64,000 nucleotides of DNA from Bacteroidales bacterium. GTDB taxonomy: Bacteria > Bacteroidota > Bacteroidia > Bacteroidales > UBA7960. A program made the position numbers and the translations under genes. This document shows, piece after piece, positions 37,478-46,469 of this stretch. Position 1 is the first letter of the stretch; each line of letters opens with the position of its first letter. The DNA is taken from positions 5,535-69,534 of the forward strand of contig JAAYLH010000078.1 of the NCBI GenBank assembly GCA_012521995.1. Direction: 5' to 3'. Under the pieces are notes generated by a model. The model was not told the DNA's origin and searched no databases. It saw nothing but the letters and a program-made list of their open reading frames with translations.

Positions 37478-38047
37478 TCATGGGTTTTGGAGAAATTCAA
37501 GGACCAGCTTTTCTGCCTCATCAATAGCCGTTTCCAGCACGTCATTGATTACGATACGGTCAAACTCAGCTGAAAAACTTAATTCATATTCTGCCTTGCT
37601 GAGCCTTTTCTTAAGGCTTTCAGGGGTTTCGGTCTTACGGTTAACCAGGCGCTTTTCGAGTTCTTCCAGCGATGGGGGCATCACAAAAATGGCCAGGGCC
37701 TTATCGCCGAATTGCTTCTTGATGTTGACCCCGCCTGCCACATCCACATCAAAAACAACGTGGTGGCCTTTTTCCCAGATACGGCTGACCTCCGAAAACA
37801 AGGTTCCGTAATAACTGCCCTTATACACTTCCTCCCATTCAAGGAATTCGCCCTGTTCAATCTTTTCGCGGAAGGCTTCCGGGCTGAGGAAATAATAATC
37901 CACCCCATCCACCTCGCCCGGCCTCATGGGCCTGCTGGCAGCCGATACCGAAAATTCCAGCTGGGGCATCTTGCTCAAAAGGGCCTTGACAATGCTGGTC
38001 TTGCCAGCGCCCGAAGGGGCCGAGAAAATGAATAGTTTTCCTTCCAT
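37478..38047 (-). CDS. gmk: Guanylate kinase
   Basis: P-loop SAPSGAGKTS, YYFLS...F, and E..EVYKGSYYGT. Confidence 0.95.
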   Translation of the reverse strand: MEGKLFIFSAPSGAGKTSIVKALLSKMPQLEFSVSAASRPMRPGEVDGVDYYFLSPEAFREKIEQGEFLEWEEVYKGSYYGTLFSEVSRIWEKGHHVVFDVDVAGGVNIKKQFGDKALAIFVMPPSLEELEKRLVNRKTETPESLKKRLSKAEYELSFSAEFDRIVINDVLETAIDEAEKLVLEFLQNP

Positions 38048-38049
38048 GC

Positions 38050-38925
38050 CTATAATATGTTCAGCAGTTGCTCCTTGATCTTTTCCAGCTCATCCTTCAT
38101 TTGCACCACGATCTTCTGGATGTCGGCATCGTTGGCCTTGCTGCCTATGGTGTTGATCTCGCGGCCGATCTCCTGCGAGATAAATCCCAGTTTCTTGCCT
38201 GCAATTTCCTCGCCGCGCATGGTGTCTTCAAAATAGTCCAGGTGTTTTGCCAGCCTGACTTTCTCTTCTGTGATGTCCAGCTTCTCGAGGTAAAAGATGA
38301 GTTCCTGCTCAAAGCGGTTGGGGTCGGGGGCACCTGCTTCCTTAAGGTCGCTGAGGCCCTTGAGCAGCCTGCCCTTCAGGTTCTCGATCCGCTGGCCTTC
38401 CAGGGGGACAATCCGCCCGAGCAGATTCCTGATCCCCTCAATGCGGGCGTGCAGATCAGCCGCCAGGTGAGCGCCTTCCGATTGCCTGAAAGAATCGGCT
38501 TGCTCCATGGCCTCACGGATGCCGGCCTCTATGCGCGACCACTGCCCCGCGTCTTCCTCCTGCGTTTCCTGCTTTAATACTTCGGGAAAACGGGTAATGG
38601 TGGTGATCAGGTCATGGGGCAGCGGAGCGTCCAGCCCTTTGGCTATATCGACCAATTCCCTGTAATATTTCTCGAGCAATGGGCGGTTGATGCTGATATC
38701 GGTCGTGCCCGAGTGGTTTTCAAAGGCCATTTGCACCTCCACCTTGCCCCGTACCAGGATCTGACCGGCCAGGTTGCGGATCAACTGCTCCTTGTCCCTG
38801 AAATTCCCCGGAACCTTCAGCGAAACATCCAGCGACTTGCTGTTGAGTGAACGGACTTCCACCGTGATGTTCTTTCCCTCAAGCTGGCAAGCCGACTTGC
38901 CAAAGCCCGTCATCGATTTGATCAT
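38050..38925 (-). CDS. YicC-family stress-induced protein
   Basis: MIKSMTGFG N-terminus and the C-terminal EKVRL..H...F....EIGREINTIGSKA motif. 291 aa. Confidence 0.9.
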   Translation of the reverse strand: MIKSMTGFGKSACQLEGKNITVEVRSLNSKSLDVSLKVPGNFRDKEQLIRNLAGQILVRGKVEVQMAFENHSGTTDISINRPLLEKYYRELVDIAKGLDAPLPHDLITTITRFPEVLKQETQEEDAGQWSRIEAGIREAMEQADSFRQSEGAHLAADLHARIEGIRNLLGRIVPLEGQRIENLKGRLLKGLSDLKEAGAPDPNRFEQELIFYLEKLDITEEKVRLAKHLDYFEDTMRGEEIAGKKLGFISQEIGREINTIGSKANDADIQKIVVQMKDELEKIKEQLLNIL

Positions 38926-39104
38926 ATTGTTTTTTTTACAAAATTAACATAAATGGCCATTTGTGCATGAAAACCATTTCCCTGGCCTTGAAAACGCAAA
39001 CAGCAGTTTTCTCTTTTCGGCCTGATCATTTCTTATCCCGCAAAGGCATAATTCTTAAAGTTCATAACAGGAGAAAATCAACTGATAAATTTAACCAAAT
39101 CTCA

Positions 39105-39203
39105 ACCGTATCATGACCGTAAAAATACGGTCATGATACGGTCATGATACGGTCGAGATACGGTTGAGATACGGTCGAAATACGGTCGAAATACGTTTTA
39201 CGT
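39105..39203. repeat. 11-bp-phased ACCGTA/TACGG unit array (2 inverted + 7 direct units) containing a perfect 17-bp inverted repeat
   Basis: ACCGTATCATGACCGTA (39105-39121), AAAA, TACGGTCATGATACGGT (39126-39142, exact reverse complement). Direct units follow: TACGGTCATGA x2, TACGGTCGAGA, TACGGTTGAGA, TACGGTCGAAA x2, TACGTTTTA. CpG at 39107, 39118, 39128, 39139, 39150, 39161, 39172, 39183, 39194 and 39201. Confidence 0.95.
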
Positions 39204-39248
39204 AATTATCGATTTTCATCCCGTTTCAGAAGAAAGCTTGCGGAGGGC

Positions 39249-39304
39249 AAAAAAAGGAGGGGGGCTGCCTGAAAGCCACTTGTTAAATGTCAGAGACAGC
39301 CCCC
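39249..39304 (-). terminator. Possible terminator of the GT2 operon
   Basis: Minus strand GGGGGCTG-(29 nt)-CAGCCCCC-CTCC-TTTTTTT begins about 27 nt after the GT2 stop. The large loop lowers confidence. Confidence 0.4.
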
Positions 39305-39330
39305 GGGGGTTGGGAAAAAACAGGAAAGGT

Positions 39331-40812
39331 CTATGATTCGAGGGTTTTGGGCGATACGCCTTCCACCTCCCGGACGTCTTTTTCTTGATCATCGTTTTCG
39401 GCAAAGCCCTGGCGTTCCATCTTACCCCAGGTTTTCTCGCCGATGAAGAACTTAAAGTTACCGCGAATGGTCGAGAACAGGATGACGGGGTGATAAAAAA
39501 TGGGCTCGAGCACCGAGGTGATCAGCATTTTCACCACTTCACGCCGCTTGTTGTATCGGTGGAATGAGAGCTCTTCGAAGAGCACGGCCCAGAAGCTGAG
39601 GGTGATGGCAAACAGGAACACCGTGGCCAGCAGCAGGAAGAAGAAGGGCCAGTTGGGATAACCCAGGATGGCAATGATGATGAAATAAACGATCCCGATG
39701 AATTCGATGATGGGTGCGAGCCACTCGAGGAAGAACCAATAGGGGTGACCCAGCAAGCCCAGGGCTTTGTACCTGGGGTTGAAGAACAATTTGAAGTGCT
39801 TGAAGAGGCTTTCCATGGTGCCGCGGGTCCAGCGGTCGCGCTGACGGGTGAGGACCCTCAGGGTGGAAGGTGCCTCGGTCCAGCACAGCGGGTCGGGGAT
39901 ATAAATCACGCGGTATTTCTCATTATGCTCGGCCATATAGCGCCGCATCCTGACGATAAGCTCCATGTCCTCGCCCACCAGGTCGGTGTTGTAGCCCCCG
40001 CATTTGATGACCACATCGCGGTTGAACATTCCGAAGGCTCCCGATATCAGCAGCAGGCCGTTGAGCTTGCTCCAGGCCATGCGGCCCATCAGGAAGGCGC
40101 GGGTATATTCAAGCACCTGCATGCGGGGCAGGAAACGCTTGGGCAGTTTGATTTCGGTGATCCTCCCGTCTTCGATCTTGCAGGAGTTAGCAATACGGAT
40201 TACCCCGCCCGAGGCAATGATCTTGTGGCCGTCTTCTTCGAGGAAGGGCTTGGCCATGATCAGCAAGGCGTCTTCCACAAGGATAGAGTCGACGTCGATG
40301 GCTGAGATAAAATCTTTTTGGGCAAGGTTGATGCCTGCGTTCAGGGCATCGGCTTTTCCGCCGTTTTCCTTGTCTACGACAACAAGTTTTGAGAAAGCCT
40401 TGTTGCGCGATTTATAAATAGCCTTAACAGGCTGGGTGTTTAGCTTTTGCTCAAACATGAGCTTTACGGGTTCCAGGTCGTAGGCCTTGACGACCTTTTC
40501 AAGGGAGTCGTCGGTACTGCCATCATTGATGATGATGACCTCAAAGTCGTTGTAATGCAGCGAGAGGAGGCTCCTGATGTTGTCCACAATGGTTTTGCCC
40601 TCATTGTAGGCCGGGGCGATTACCGAAATGGAAGGGGCCAGGGGAGATGATAACAGGACATTATAGTCAACAAAGCTGTTTTTCCTCATGTAACGCAGCA
40701 TGGCAATGGCCGAGAATATGGCCAGGGCGGTATACGACCCGAAGATGAAAATGGTCAGAATAATGATGCCATTCTCAACGATAAATTGCAAGACTTTGAA
40801 AAATTCTATCAT
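39331..40812 (-). CDS. Processive family-2 glycosyltransferase (PgaC/IcaA/cellulose-synthase-like polysaccharide synthase)
   Basis: N-terminal TM. IAPAYNEG...IINDGSTD (DxD region), GGKADALNAG, ISAIDVDS, catalytic QRDRWTRG (Q-x-x-R-W), and 3-4 C-terminal TM helices. Confidence 0.88.
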   Translation of the reverse strand: MIEFFKVLQFIVENGIIILTIFIFGSYTALAIFSAIAMLRYMRKNSFVDYNVLLSSPLAPSISVIAPAYNEGKTIVDNIRSLLSLHYNDFEVIIINDGSTDDSLEKVVKAYDLEPVKLMFEQKLNTQPVKAIYKSRNKAFSKLVVVDKENGGKADALNAGINLAQKDFISAIDVDSILVEDALLIMAKPFLEEDGHKIIASGGVIRIANSCKIEDGRITEIKLPKRFLPRMQVLEYTRAFLMGRMAWSKLNGLLLISGAFGMFNRDVVIKCGGYNTDLVGEDMELIVRMRRYMAEHNEKYRVIYIPDPLCWTEAPSTLRVLTRQRDRWTRGTMESLFKHFKLFFNPRYKALGLLGHPYWFFLEWLAPIIEFIGIVYFIIIAILGYPNWPFFFLLLATVFLFAITLSFWAVLFEELSFHRYNKRREVVKMLITSVLEPIFYHPVILFSTIRGNFKFFIGEKTWGKMERQGFAENDDQEKDVREVEGVSPKTLES

Positions 40813-42161
40813 TGTACTGCGATTTGTTTTGCGTTTTCAATAATCTTTTTCAGGTCATCGGTAGATCCTGTCATTACCCTGTTGAGCAACTCAGGGCCAC
40901 CCGGGTCAAGGTCGTGGACAATGGCTGTGGTTTTCTTGAGAATGTCGAAGTTCTTCTCGATTCTTAAGACCTGCTCGAAGAAGGGGAGGTCATCGGGGGT
41001 AGCGATGGTTCCCATGGCTTCGATGACTGCCAGGCGGTTGCGGTCTAAATGGAGGTTGTAGAAGACATCATCTTCTTTTTCTTCCACAGGCTGGTCTTTA
41101 AAATAAACCTCTTTGAGCAGGCTTGCATTTTCGGATACTTCAAACATATCGAGGGTTTTTACTGCTGCCCGTCTCACCTCAGGGTTTTTGTGGTTGAGCA
41201 ATTCAAGTACCCTGGGCCAGGATTGCAACTGCTTGTACAAGCCTGCCAGTTTTGTGACAAATATCACCACACTGTCGTTGCTGCTGTCCATCCAGCGGTC
41301 AAAGGATTCGATATTAATCTGGTGATAACTCAGGGAATTGAGGATGTTGATCTGTTCCCATTCGGTAAGTTTATATTTCAGTTCATCGAGGTAACCAAGG
41401 GGGTCTTCTTCATTGAGTTTTACCAGGGCCACCTGCGATTCCATGCGCAGGATCTTATTCTTCGAGTTGATGAATTTGGCGATGTGGCGGTTGGCGTCTT
41501 TCACGTCCATCTGGGCAAGCTCTCTGAAGCCTTTGGCTTTGACGTTCCATTTGCCTGAGCTGACCTTTTGCAAGGAGTCTTTATACAACTCAAGGTTGAA
41601 ATAAAGGTCGCGCAAGCGGTTGGCCGCTTCTCCATAGAGGTTGTTATGCAGTGAGATCAACTCATCGATGAAGATTTCGCGGTTGACATTGTGATTAATT
41701 CCCGTGAATTCAAAGGTTTGATTATCCTCTCCGAAGAGGAAGCCGGTAAGTTCATCCTGGTAGATTTCTTTGATTTCCTTGGCTTGTCTTCGCTCGCGGG
41801 ATTTAATGGTGCGGTTAATGATGATAAAGAGAAACAAAAGGGTGAGGCTGATGATCAGGTAGATGACGATCACCAGGAGGATCTTGACCTTAAGGCTTGC
41901 CTGGCGGTAACGGTTCACAAACCATTCCCAGGTTCCATTGGCCGACAGTTCGGTGGGCTTAAGGGAGGGGTTTGATGAACCATAGGGGGGGGTGGGGCTT
42001 TCGCTGATTTCAACGGAGGAAGGGGAAGCATTGACAATGGCCTCCGGAGCATTGGCTCCTGAAGCCTCAAAACTCAGCATTGAAACCAGCAAAAATCCCA
42101 GTATGGTGAAAACAACCCTAATGGTTTTAATTCCTGCAGTCATTGTGTTAGGTTTTTTCAT
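40809..42161 (-). CDS. Membrane-anchored HEAT-repeat protein
   Basis: Two hydrophobic segments (residues about 15-35 and about 95-120) bracket an S/P-rich loop. The cytoplasmic remainder has HEAT-like units (NPEVRRAAVKTLD...). A 4-nt overlap (ATGA) with the GT2 start implies translational coupling. Confidence 0.7.
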   Translation of the reverse strand: MKKPNTMTAGIKTIRVVFTILGFLLVSMLSFEASGANAPEAIVNASPSSVEISESPTPPYGSSNPSLKPTELSANGTWEWFVNRYRQASLKVKILLVIVIYLIISLTLLFLFIIINRTIKSRERRQAKEIKEIYQDELTGFLFGEDNQTFEFTGINHNVNREIFIDELISLHNNLYGEAANRLRDLYFNLELYKDSLQKVSSGKWNVKAKGFRELAQMDVKDANRHIAKFINSKNKILRMESQVALVKLNEEDPLGYLDELKYKLTEWEQINILNSLSYHQINIESFDRWMDSSNDSVVIFVTKLAGLYKQLQSWPRVLELLNHKNPEVRRAAVKTLDMFEVSENASLLKEVYFKDQPVEEKEDDVFYNLHLDRNRLAVIEAMGTIATPDDLPFFEQVLRIEKNFDILKKTTAIVHDLDPGGPELLNRVMTGSTDDLKKIIENAKQIAVQ

Positions 42162-42176
42162 TTTGCCTGGCCAGTT

Positions 42177-43460
42177 TTAAAAAAGGTAAGCAATGCCGGC
42201 CTCGACCGAGTATTTGTTGCCATAGACCCCGTCTTTGTAATGCTGATAACCTGCGCCGGCCCTGATGATGAGCTGAGGGGTGGCTTTCTGCTGATACCAT
42301 AGCATCACTTTATTGCTTTCCAGGTTATAAACTTCCGCTCCGATCAGGGCATCGTCGTCTGCAGAGAAGCCAGTCCCGGCGGTAATGGACAGGTGGTGGT
42401 CAGGCGAGGAGAAATACCTGCGGATGGTAAAGAAGTAGGATTGCGAATTGGGGGTGTTGCTGGCAAAGGTGAAGAATGGCCTGAAACTGAAGTAATACTG
42501 TTTGTAGTATTTGCTCAGTGAGCCCGTAAGGATAAACAGGTCATTCTCTTCAAAGCTAAGGAGCCTGAATCCTGCTGAAGCTTCCCAGGCCCTTGGCAGT
42601 TTTTGAAACAGTTCCAGCCCTCCCCTGAAAATGGGAAAAAGCTCACTGTGGGGTGAATACCCTGCATTGAGATAAAGGTAAGTGCCCGGGCCCAGGGAAG
42701 GATATGCATCCACTTCAAACTGAGCTCCAGTCTTATCATAACGGTTTGCGACGTTCAGGCGGGCGATAAGGGTTCCGAGGGTTTGGGTGCGGCGGCCATA
42801 TTCGGCATAGAACAGGTGCCATGAGTTGGCCATTTGGAAATAATCGCCGCGGTATCCCAGGCCCACAAAGTTCTTGAGTCGCCCTACTTCAATGGTGGAT
42901 AAGAGCATCTTGGCTTCGCGATAGCTTGGATCAATGTCAAGGATCTGGTTCAGCAGGATAACCGAGGGCTGGTACTCACCCAACTCGTTGAGCATCTGTG
43001 CTTTTCTGAACAAAAGGTCCAGGTTGTTGGGGTCGGTGATAATGACCTTATCGAAATACTCGATGGCTTCCTGATACTGACCAGCCCAGGCCAGTACGTC
43101 GGTGATGGCCAGCAGTGCTGACTTGTTGGCGGGTTCCTTTTCAAGGACGCCCAGCAGGATCTCCTTGGCCTCATCGTAGCGTTGCTCCCAGCCAAGGGTA
43201 CGCGCCATCAGGATGCTGGCATCGTGGTAATCGGGATTGATGTCGAGGATTTGCTTACACAGCTCCCTTGCGGCTTCCCCTTCCTGATCGAAGGCCAGGT
43301 CCTGTGCCTGGAAGAACAGGTCATCAAGATTAAGCTGGGGGACAGGGAGCCCCTGAGCCCTTGAATCAACAGGCATTACCATGACAAGCATCATAAACAT
43401 TGCCAGGAGTCTCAGGCCGCTGAGGTAAGGGTTCAATATTTGGTTGGAATTTTTTTTCAT
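42177..43460 (-). CDS. TPR + YaiO-like outer-membrane beta-barrel protein (PgaA/BcsC-type exporter candidate)
   Basis: Signal peptide. N-terminal TPR units (EAARELCKQILDINPDY, YDEAKEILLGVLEKEP, YQEAIEYFDKVI, YQPSVILLNQIL). The C-terminal about 230 aa is strand-patterned and ends ...EAGIAYLF. It resembles the YaiO barrel family as I recall it. Confidence 0.7.
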   Translation of the reverse strand: MKKNSNQILNPYLSGLRLLAMFMMLVMVMPVDSRAQGLPVPQLNLDDLFFQAQDLAFDQEGEAARELCKQILDINPDYHDASILMARTLGWEQRYDEAKEILLGVLEKEPANKSALLAITDVLAWAGQYQEAIEYFDKVIITDPNNLDLLFRKAQMLNELGEYQPSVILLNQILDIDPSYREAKMLLSTIEVGRLKNFVGLGYRGDYFQMANSWHLFYAEYGRRTQTLGTLIARLNVANRYDKTGAQFEVDAYPSLGPGTYLYLNAGYSPHSELFPIFRGGLELFQKLPRAWEASAGFRLLSFEENDLFILTGSLSKYYKQYYFSFRPFFTFASNTPNSQSYFFTIRRYFSSPDHHLSITAGTGFSADDDALIGAEVYNLESNKVMLWYQQKATPQLIIRAGAGYQHYKDGVYGNKYSVEAGIAYLF

Positions 43461-43548
43461 AAAAAATCTTCATTGAAAGTCCCTGAATTTTCCCGATTCA
43501 ATAGGATACGGGCATCCGGGTCTTGTTTTTCAATGGATGAAATTTTTG

Positions 43549-43911
43549 TTATCGCTTGATCAGGAAGCGTTTTACCCTGATGGATAGTTCGTTGGGACTG
43601 AACGGCTTGGTGAGGTAATCATCGGCCCCCAGTTTAAAGGCCTCAATGATTGTTTCCTCATTGCCAACTTTTGAAAGGACGATGATGGGCGTTTCCTTTT
43701 TCATCTCGTTCTTCATCAGGTTGATCAACTCCAGACCCCCACTGAAGGGCATCAGCAGGTCGGTAATGACCAGGTCGTAAGTAAGGGTTTTAAGCTTTTC
43801 GGTAGCCATTCGCCCGTCGTTGGCAATGTCAACCTCGTATCCTTCACGGGTTAATTTGTGCTCAATAGCTTTGATGACCATATAGTCATCTTCGCAAACG
43901 AGTATTTTCAT
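43549..43911 (-). CDS. Stand-alone receiver-domain response regulator (CheY-like)
   Basis: MKILVCEDD...DLVITDLLMP...LSKVG...DDYLTKPF. 120 aa, no output domain. Confidence 0.9.
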   Translation of the reverse strand: MKILVCEDDYMVIKAIEHKLTREGYEVDIANDGRMATEKLKTLTYDLVITDLLMPFSGGLELINLMKNEMKKETPIIVLSKVGNEETIIEAFKLGADDYLTKPFSPNELSIRVKRFLIKR

Positions 43912-44318
43912 CTCTAAAGGGTTTAAAAGTGTAAAGTTCTTGTTCGATAGTTGCCTTTTGGTTCTTATTTGCTGTTTGATTCAATGATTTGGTTTGCTGA
44001 AGGTAAAGCATTTTTTGCTTTTTTTTCGTTTGCCGAAGGGATTGCCCATTTCGTCATTACAAAGATTGAACAAAAATTGGCCCAAAATAATCAGGGAATT
44101 TACTGAATTTTCGGGTGTTTTGCGCCTGAAATCAATCCGTATAACTACCGAATCCATGTTTTAACAAAGAATTCAAATTAAAAAAAACTGCTCAACGGAC
44201 AAAGAATTCACTGTAATTAAATTTTTTCAGGCAAGCTTTTTAAGTAAAGGCAAACCAATAGTATCCTGATTGTTAAAGGCAGGATAAATTTCAAATTCCA
44301 ACAAGGGAAAGGGAATAC

Positions 44319-46244
44319 TTAAATAAAATGTTTAAGTTCTTCCTCCAGTTGAGCGATGGATTTGGAAATGATTATTGCAGTTTTTTCCACCAGGCCCGGT
44401 ATTTCATGAAGGTTTTCGCGATGTTGTGCAAAGTGTTCCACCTTTTCTACATCATCGGCAACCTGGTGTATGCCCATATAAACCACTTGGGGTTTAAGTT
44501 TATGGGCAATTTGGCGAACTTCATCCCAGTCCTGTTCCTGAACCTTTTTTTCAAGGTTTTCCATCACAGGAGGCGTATTGTCAATAAAGTAGGAAATCAT
44601 GGTAGCAGAAAAATCCCGGTCACCCTCACTGATCTCTTCGAGGTAACTCAAGTCGAAGTACTTCTCTGTTGTTGTCATAACTGTTTCTTTGGGAGGTTTT
44701 TCTTTAGTAGAATTCAATTTTTGTCGATATTCCGCAATGAGTTTCTTTAATTTTTGCTTTAAGTCGTCCAGGTTGTAGGGTTTGGGAACGAAGTCGTCGG
44801 CCCCTGCCCGGATGCATTTTTGCCTTGCATTTTCTCCGATGCTTGCGGTAATGCCAATGATTGGAATCTGGTGCCAGGGTTTGGAGGCGTCGGAGCGGAT
44901 GACTTCAATGGTTTGAAGGCCGTTCATGCCCGGCATTTGGACATCCATAAGGATCAGGTCGTAGGTATAGGCCCTGAGCTGTTCGAGCACATTGAAGCCT
45001 GTCCTGACGAAATCGGCTTCCAGTCCTATTTTCTGCAACTGGTGCTTCATTACCAGTTGGTTTAATTCAACGTCTTCTGCCACCAGGATTCTTGCATCGG
45101 CAGGCAACTCAGGGGCAGGCTCTTCCTCGGCCGGAGTCAGAACCCGGGGCTCGGGCAGGGGTGAGAAACGGAAGGGGAGGATAAAATGCAGATAAAATGC
45201 TTTGTTGGAATTTTCTTCCAGCATGACCTTTCCGTTGAGTGCTGCTATCTTTTCCCGGGTATCCTTTAGCCACTGGTCTGGATCATCTACTGATGCATCT
45301 TTCCGGGATACCTCGATCTCTGCAGGGGTTGAATACTGCCCGAGGAAGAAAAAAGACACATCGCAGATTTTATTTTCAGTGTCTTCCCTTAAAGCCGATA
45401 ACCTGACCGAACGCAGGCCAGACCTGGAGAAAAGAAAATCGGTTATGTGTTGAATCAGCTTTTTGAGCTGGCTTTCATCACCGAATACCTTTTCGGGAAG
45501 GTCCTCATCGGCCTCAAGCCAGGTAGCAATACCGAGGGCAGAAGCCTTTTGAAAAAACAAAGCAGGGAAGTTTTCAATCGTTTTCCTTAGGTTAAAGGAC
45601 CCGGAATAAGCAATATGCTCCTCCCTGCCTTTGATAAAGGATTGCAAGAATTCGTCAAGCATGCCCGACAACAAAGCGGAAGAGTCCTTTATTTTGGTAA
45701 CATATTCCAGTTGGTTGTCGTTGAGGGGGGTCTCGAGCAAAAGTCCGCACAGGCCGGAGATATTGTAAAGGGGATTACGCAGATCGTGGGCCATGGAAGA
45801 GAACCGTTCCACAACGGGCTCAGGAAGTGCCTTCTTCTCAGTAGGAATATTCTGTTCGGGAAGGAAGATGAGCAGATGCTGGCGTGAGGGGTCATCCCCG
45901 GGGCTTGGAAAGAAGGAGGCCTTAAAACACACAGGGTGCCCATCCTTATGTCTTAAACAGACCTTCTTCTTCCAGGCCTTTCCCGAACGGATTTGTTCAG
46001 TAAGTTTGCCAACAAACTCTTTGCCATGGGAGCTGAGGTGAAGCAGTTTGGAAAGGGCACAGTGGGCATCTTCACTGCTGTGACCCGTAAGCTCAGTAAG
46101 CCTTTCGTTGAAATAGGTGATCCTGCTATTCAGGTTTATCATGGCCAGTGGACAACTCTCATCAAGGGCATACCAGTAAAGGTCCAGAACTTCTTCGTTT
46201 TTCATCCCCTCAAGGGCTTTGTTAAAGAATTCGGTTGCGATCAT
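44319..46244 (-). CDS. Hybrid sensor kinase: PAS, HisKA, degenerate HATPase-like region, REC, HPt
   Basis: H-box SSMAHDLRNPL. REC is ILVAEDVELNQ...LILMDVQMPGMNG...KPY. HPt is ...EVRQIAHKLKPQVVYMG. Between HisKA and REC I cannot find N, G1 (DxGxG) or G2 (GxGxG) boxes. Confidence 0.8.
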   Translation of the reverse strand: MIATEFFNKALEGMKNEEVLDLYWYALDESCPLAMINLNSRITYFNERLTELTGHSSEDAHCALSKLLHLSSHGKEFVGKLTEQIRSGKAWKKKVCLRHKDGHPVCFKASFFPSPGDDPSRQHLLIFLPEQNIPTEKKALPEPVVERFSSMAHDLRNPLYNISGLCGLLLETPLNDNQLEYVTKIKDSSALLSGMLDEFLQSFIKGREEHIAYSGSFNLRKTIENFPALFFQKASALGIATWLEADEDLPEKVFGDESQLKKLIQHITDFLFSRSGLRSVRLSALREDTENKICDVSFFFLGQYSTPAEIEVSRKDASVDDPDQWLKDTREKIAALNGKVMLEENSNKAFYLHFILPFRFSPLPEPRVLTPAEEEPAPELPADARILVAEDVELNQLVMKHQLQKIGLEADFVRTGFNVLEQLRAYTYDLILMDVQMPGMNGLQTIEVIRSDASKPWHQIPIIGITASIGENARQKCIRAGADDFVPKPYNLDDLKQKLKKLIAEYRQKLNSTKEKPPKETVMTTTEKYFDLSYLEEISEGDRDFSATMISYFIDNTPPVMENLEKKVQEQDWDEVRQIAHKLKPQVVYMGIHQVADDVEKVEHFAQHRENLHEIPGLVEKTAIIISKSIAQLEEELKHFI

Positions 46245-46469
46245 TCTTTCCTTCCTTCCGCATTTAAACCGTAGTTTTCCTTCTGATCACATAGAAAAAA
46301 CTAACCAGCGATAAGTATTCGTCGTTTAATTATCTATTTCAAAATTATTGTATTTTCTTCTATTTTTGATCATTTGTCGTAAAAAAAATTAAATAAAAGA
46401 GTTATTTTTGTTTGAAATGGTTTGAAAAGCAAAGATTGTACACCCTAATTCTTTTTTAAACAGGGGATT

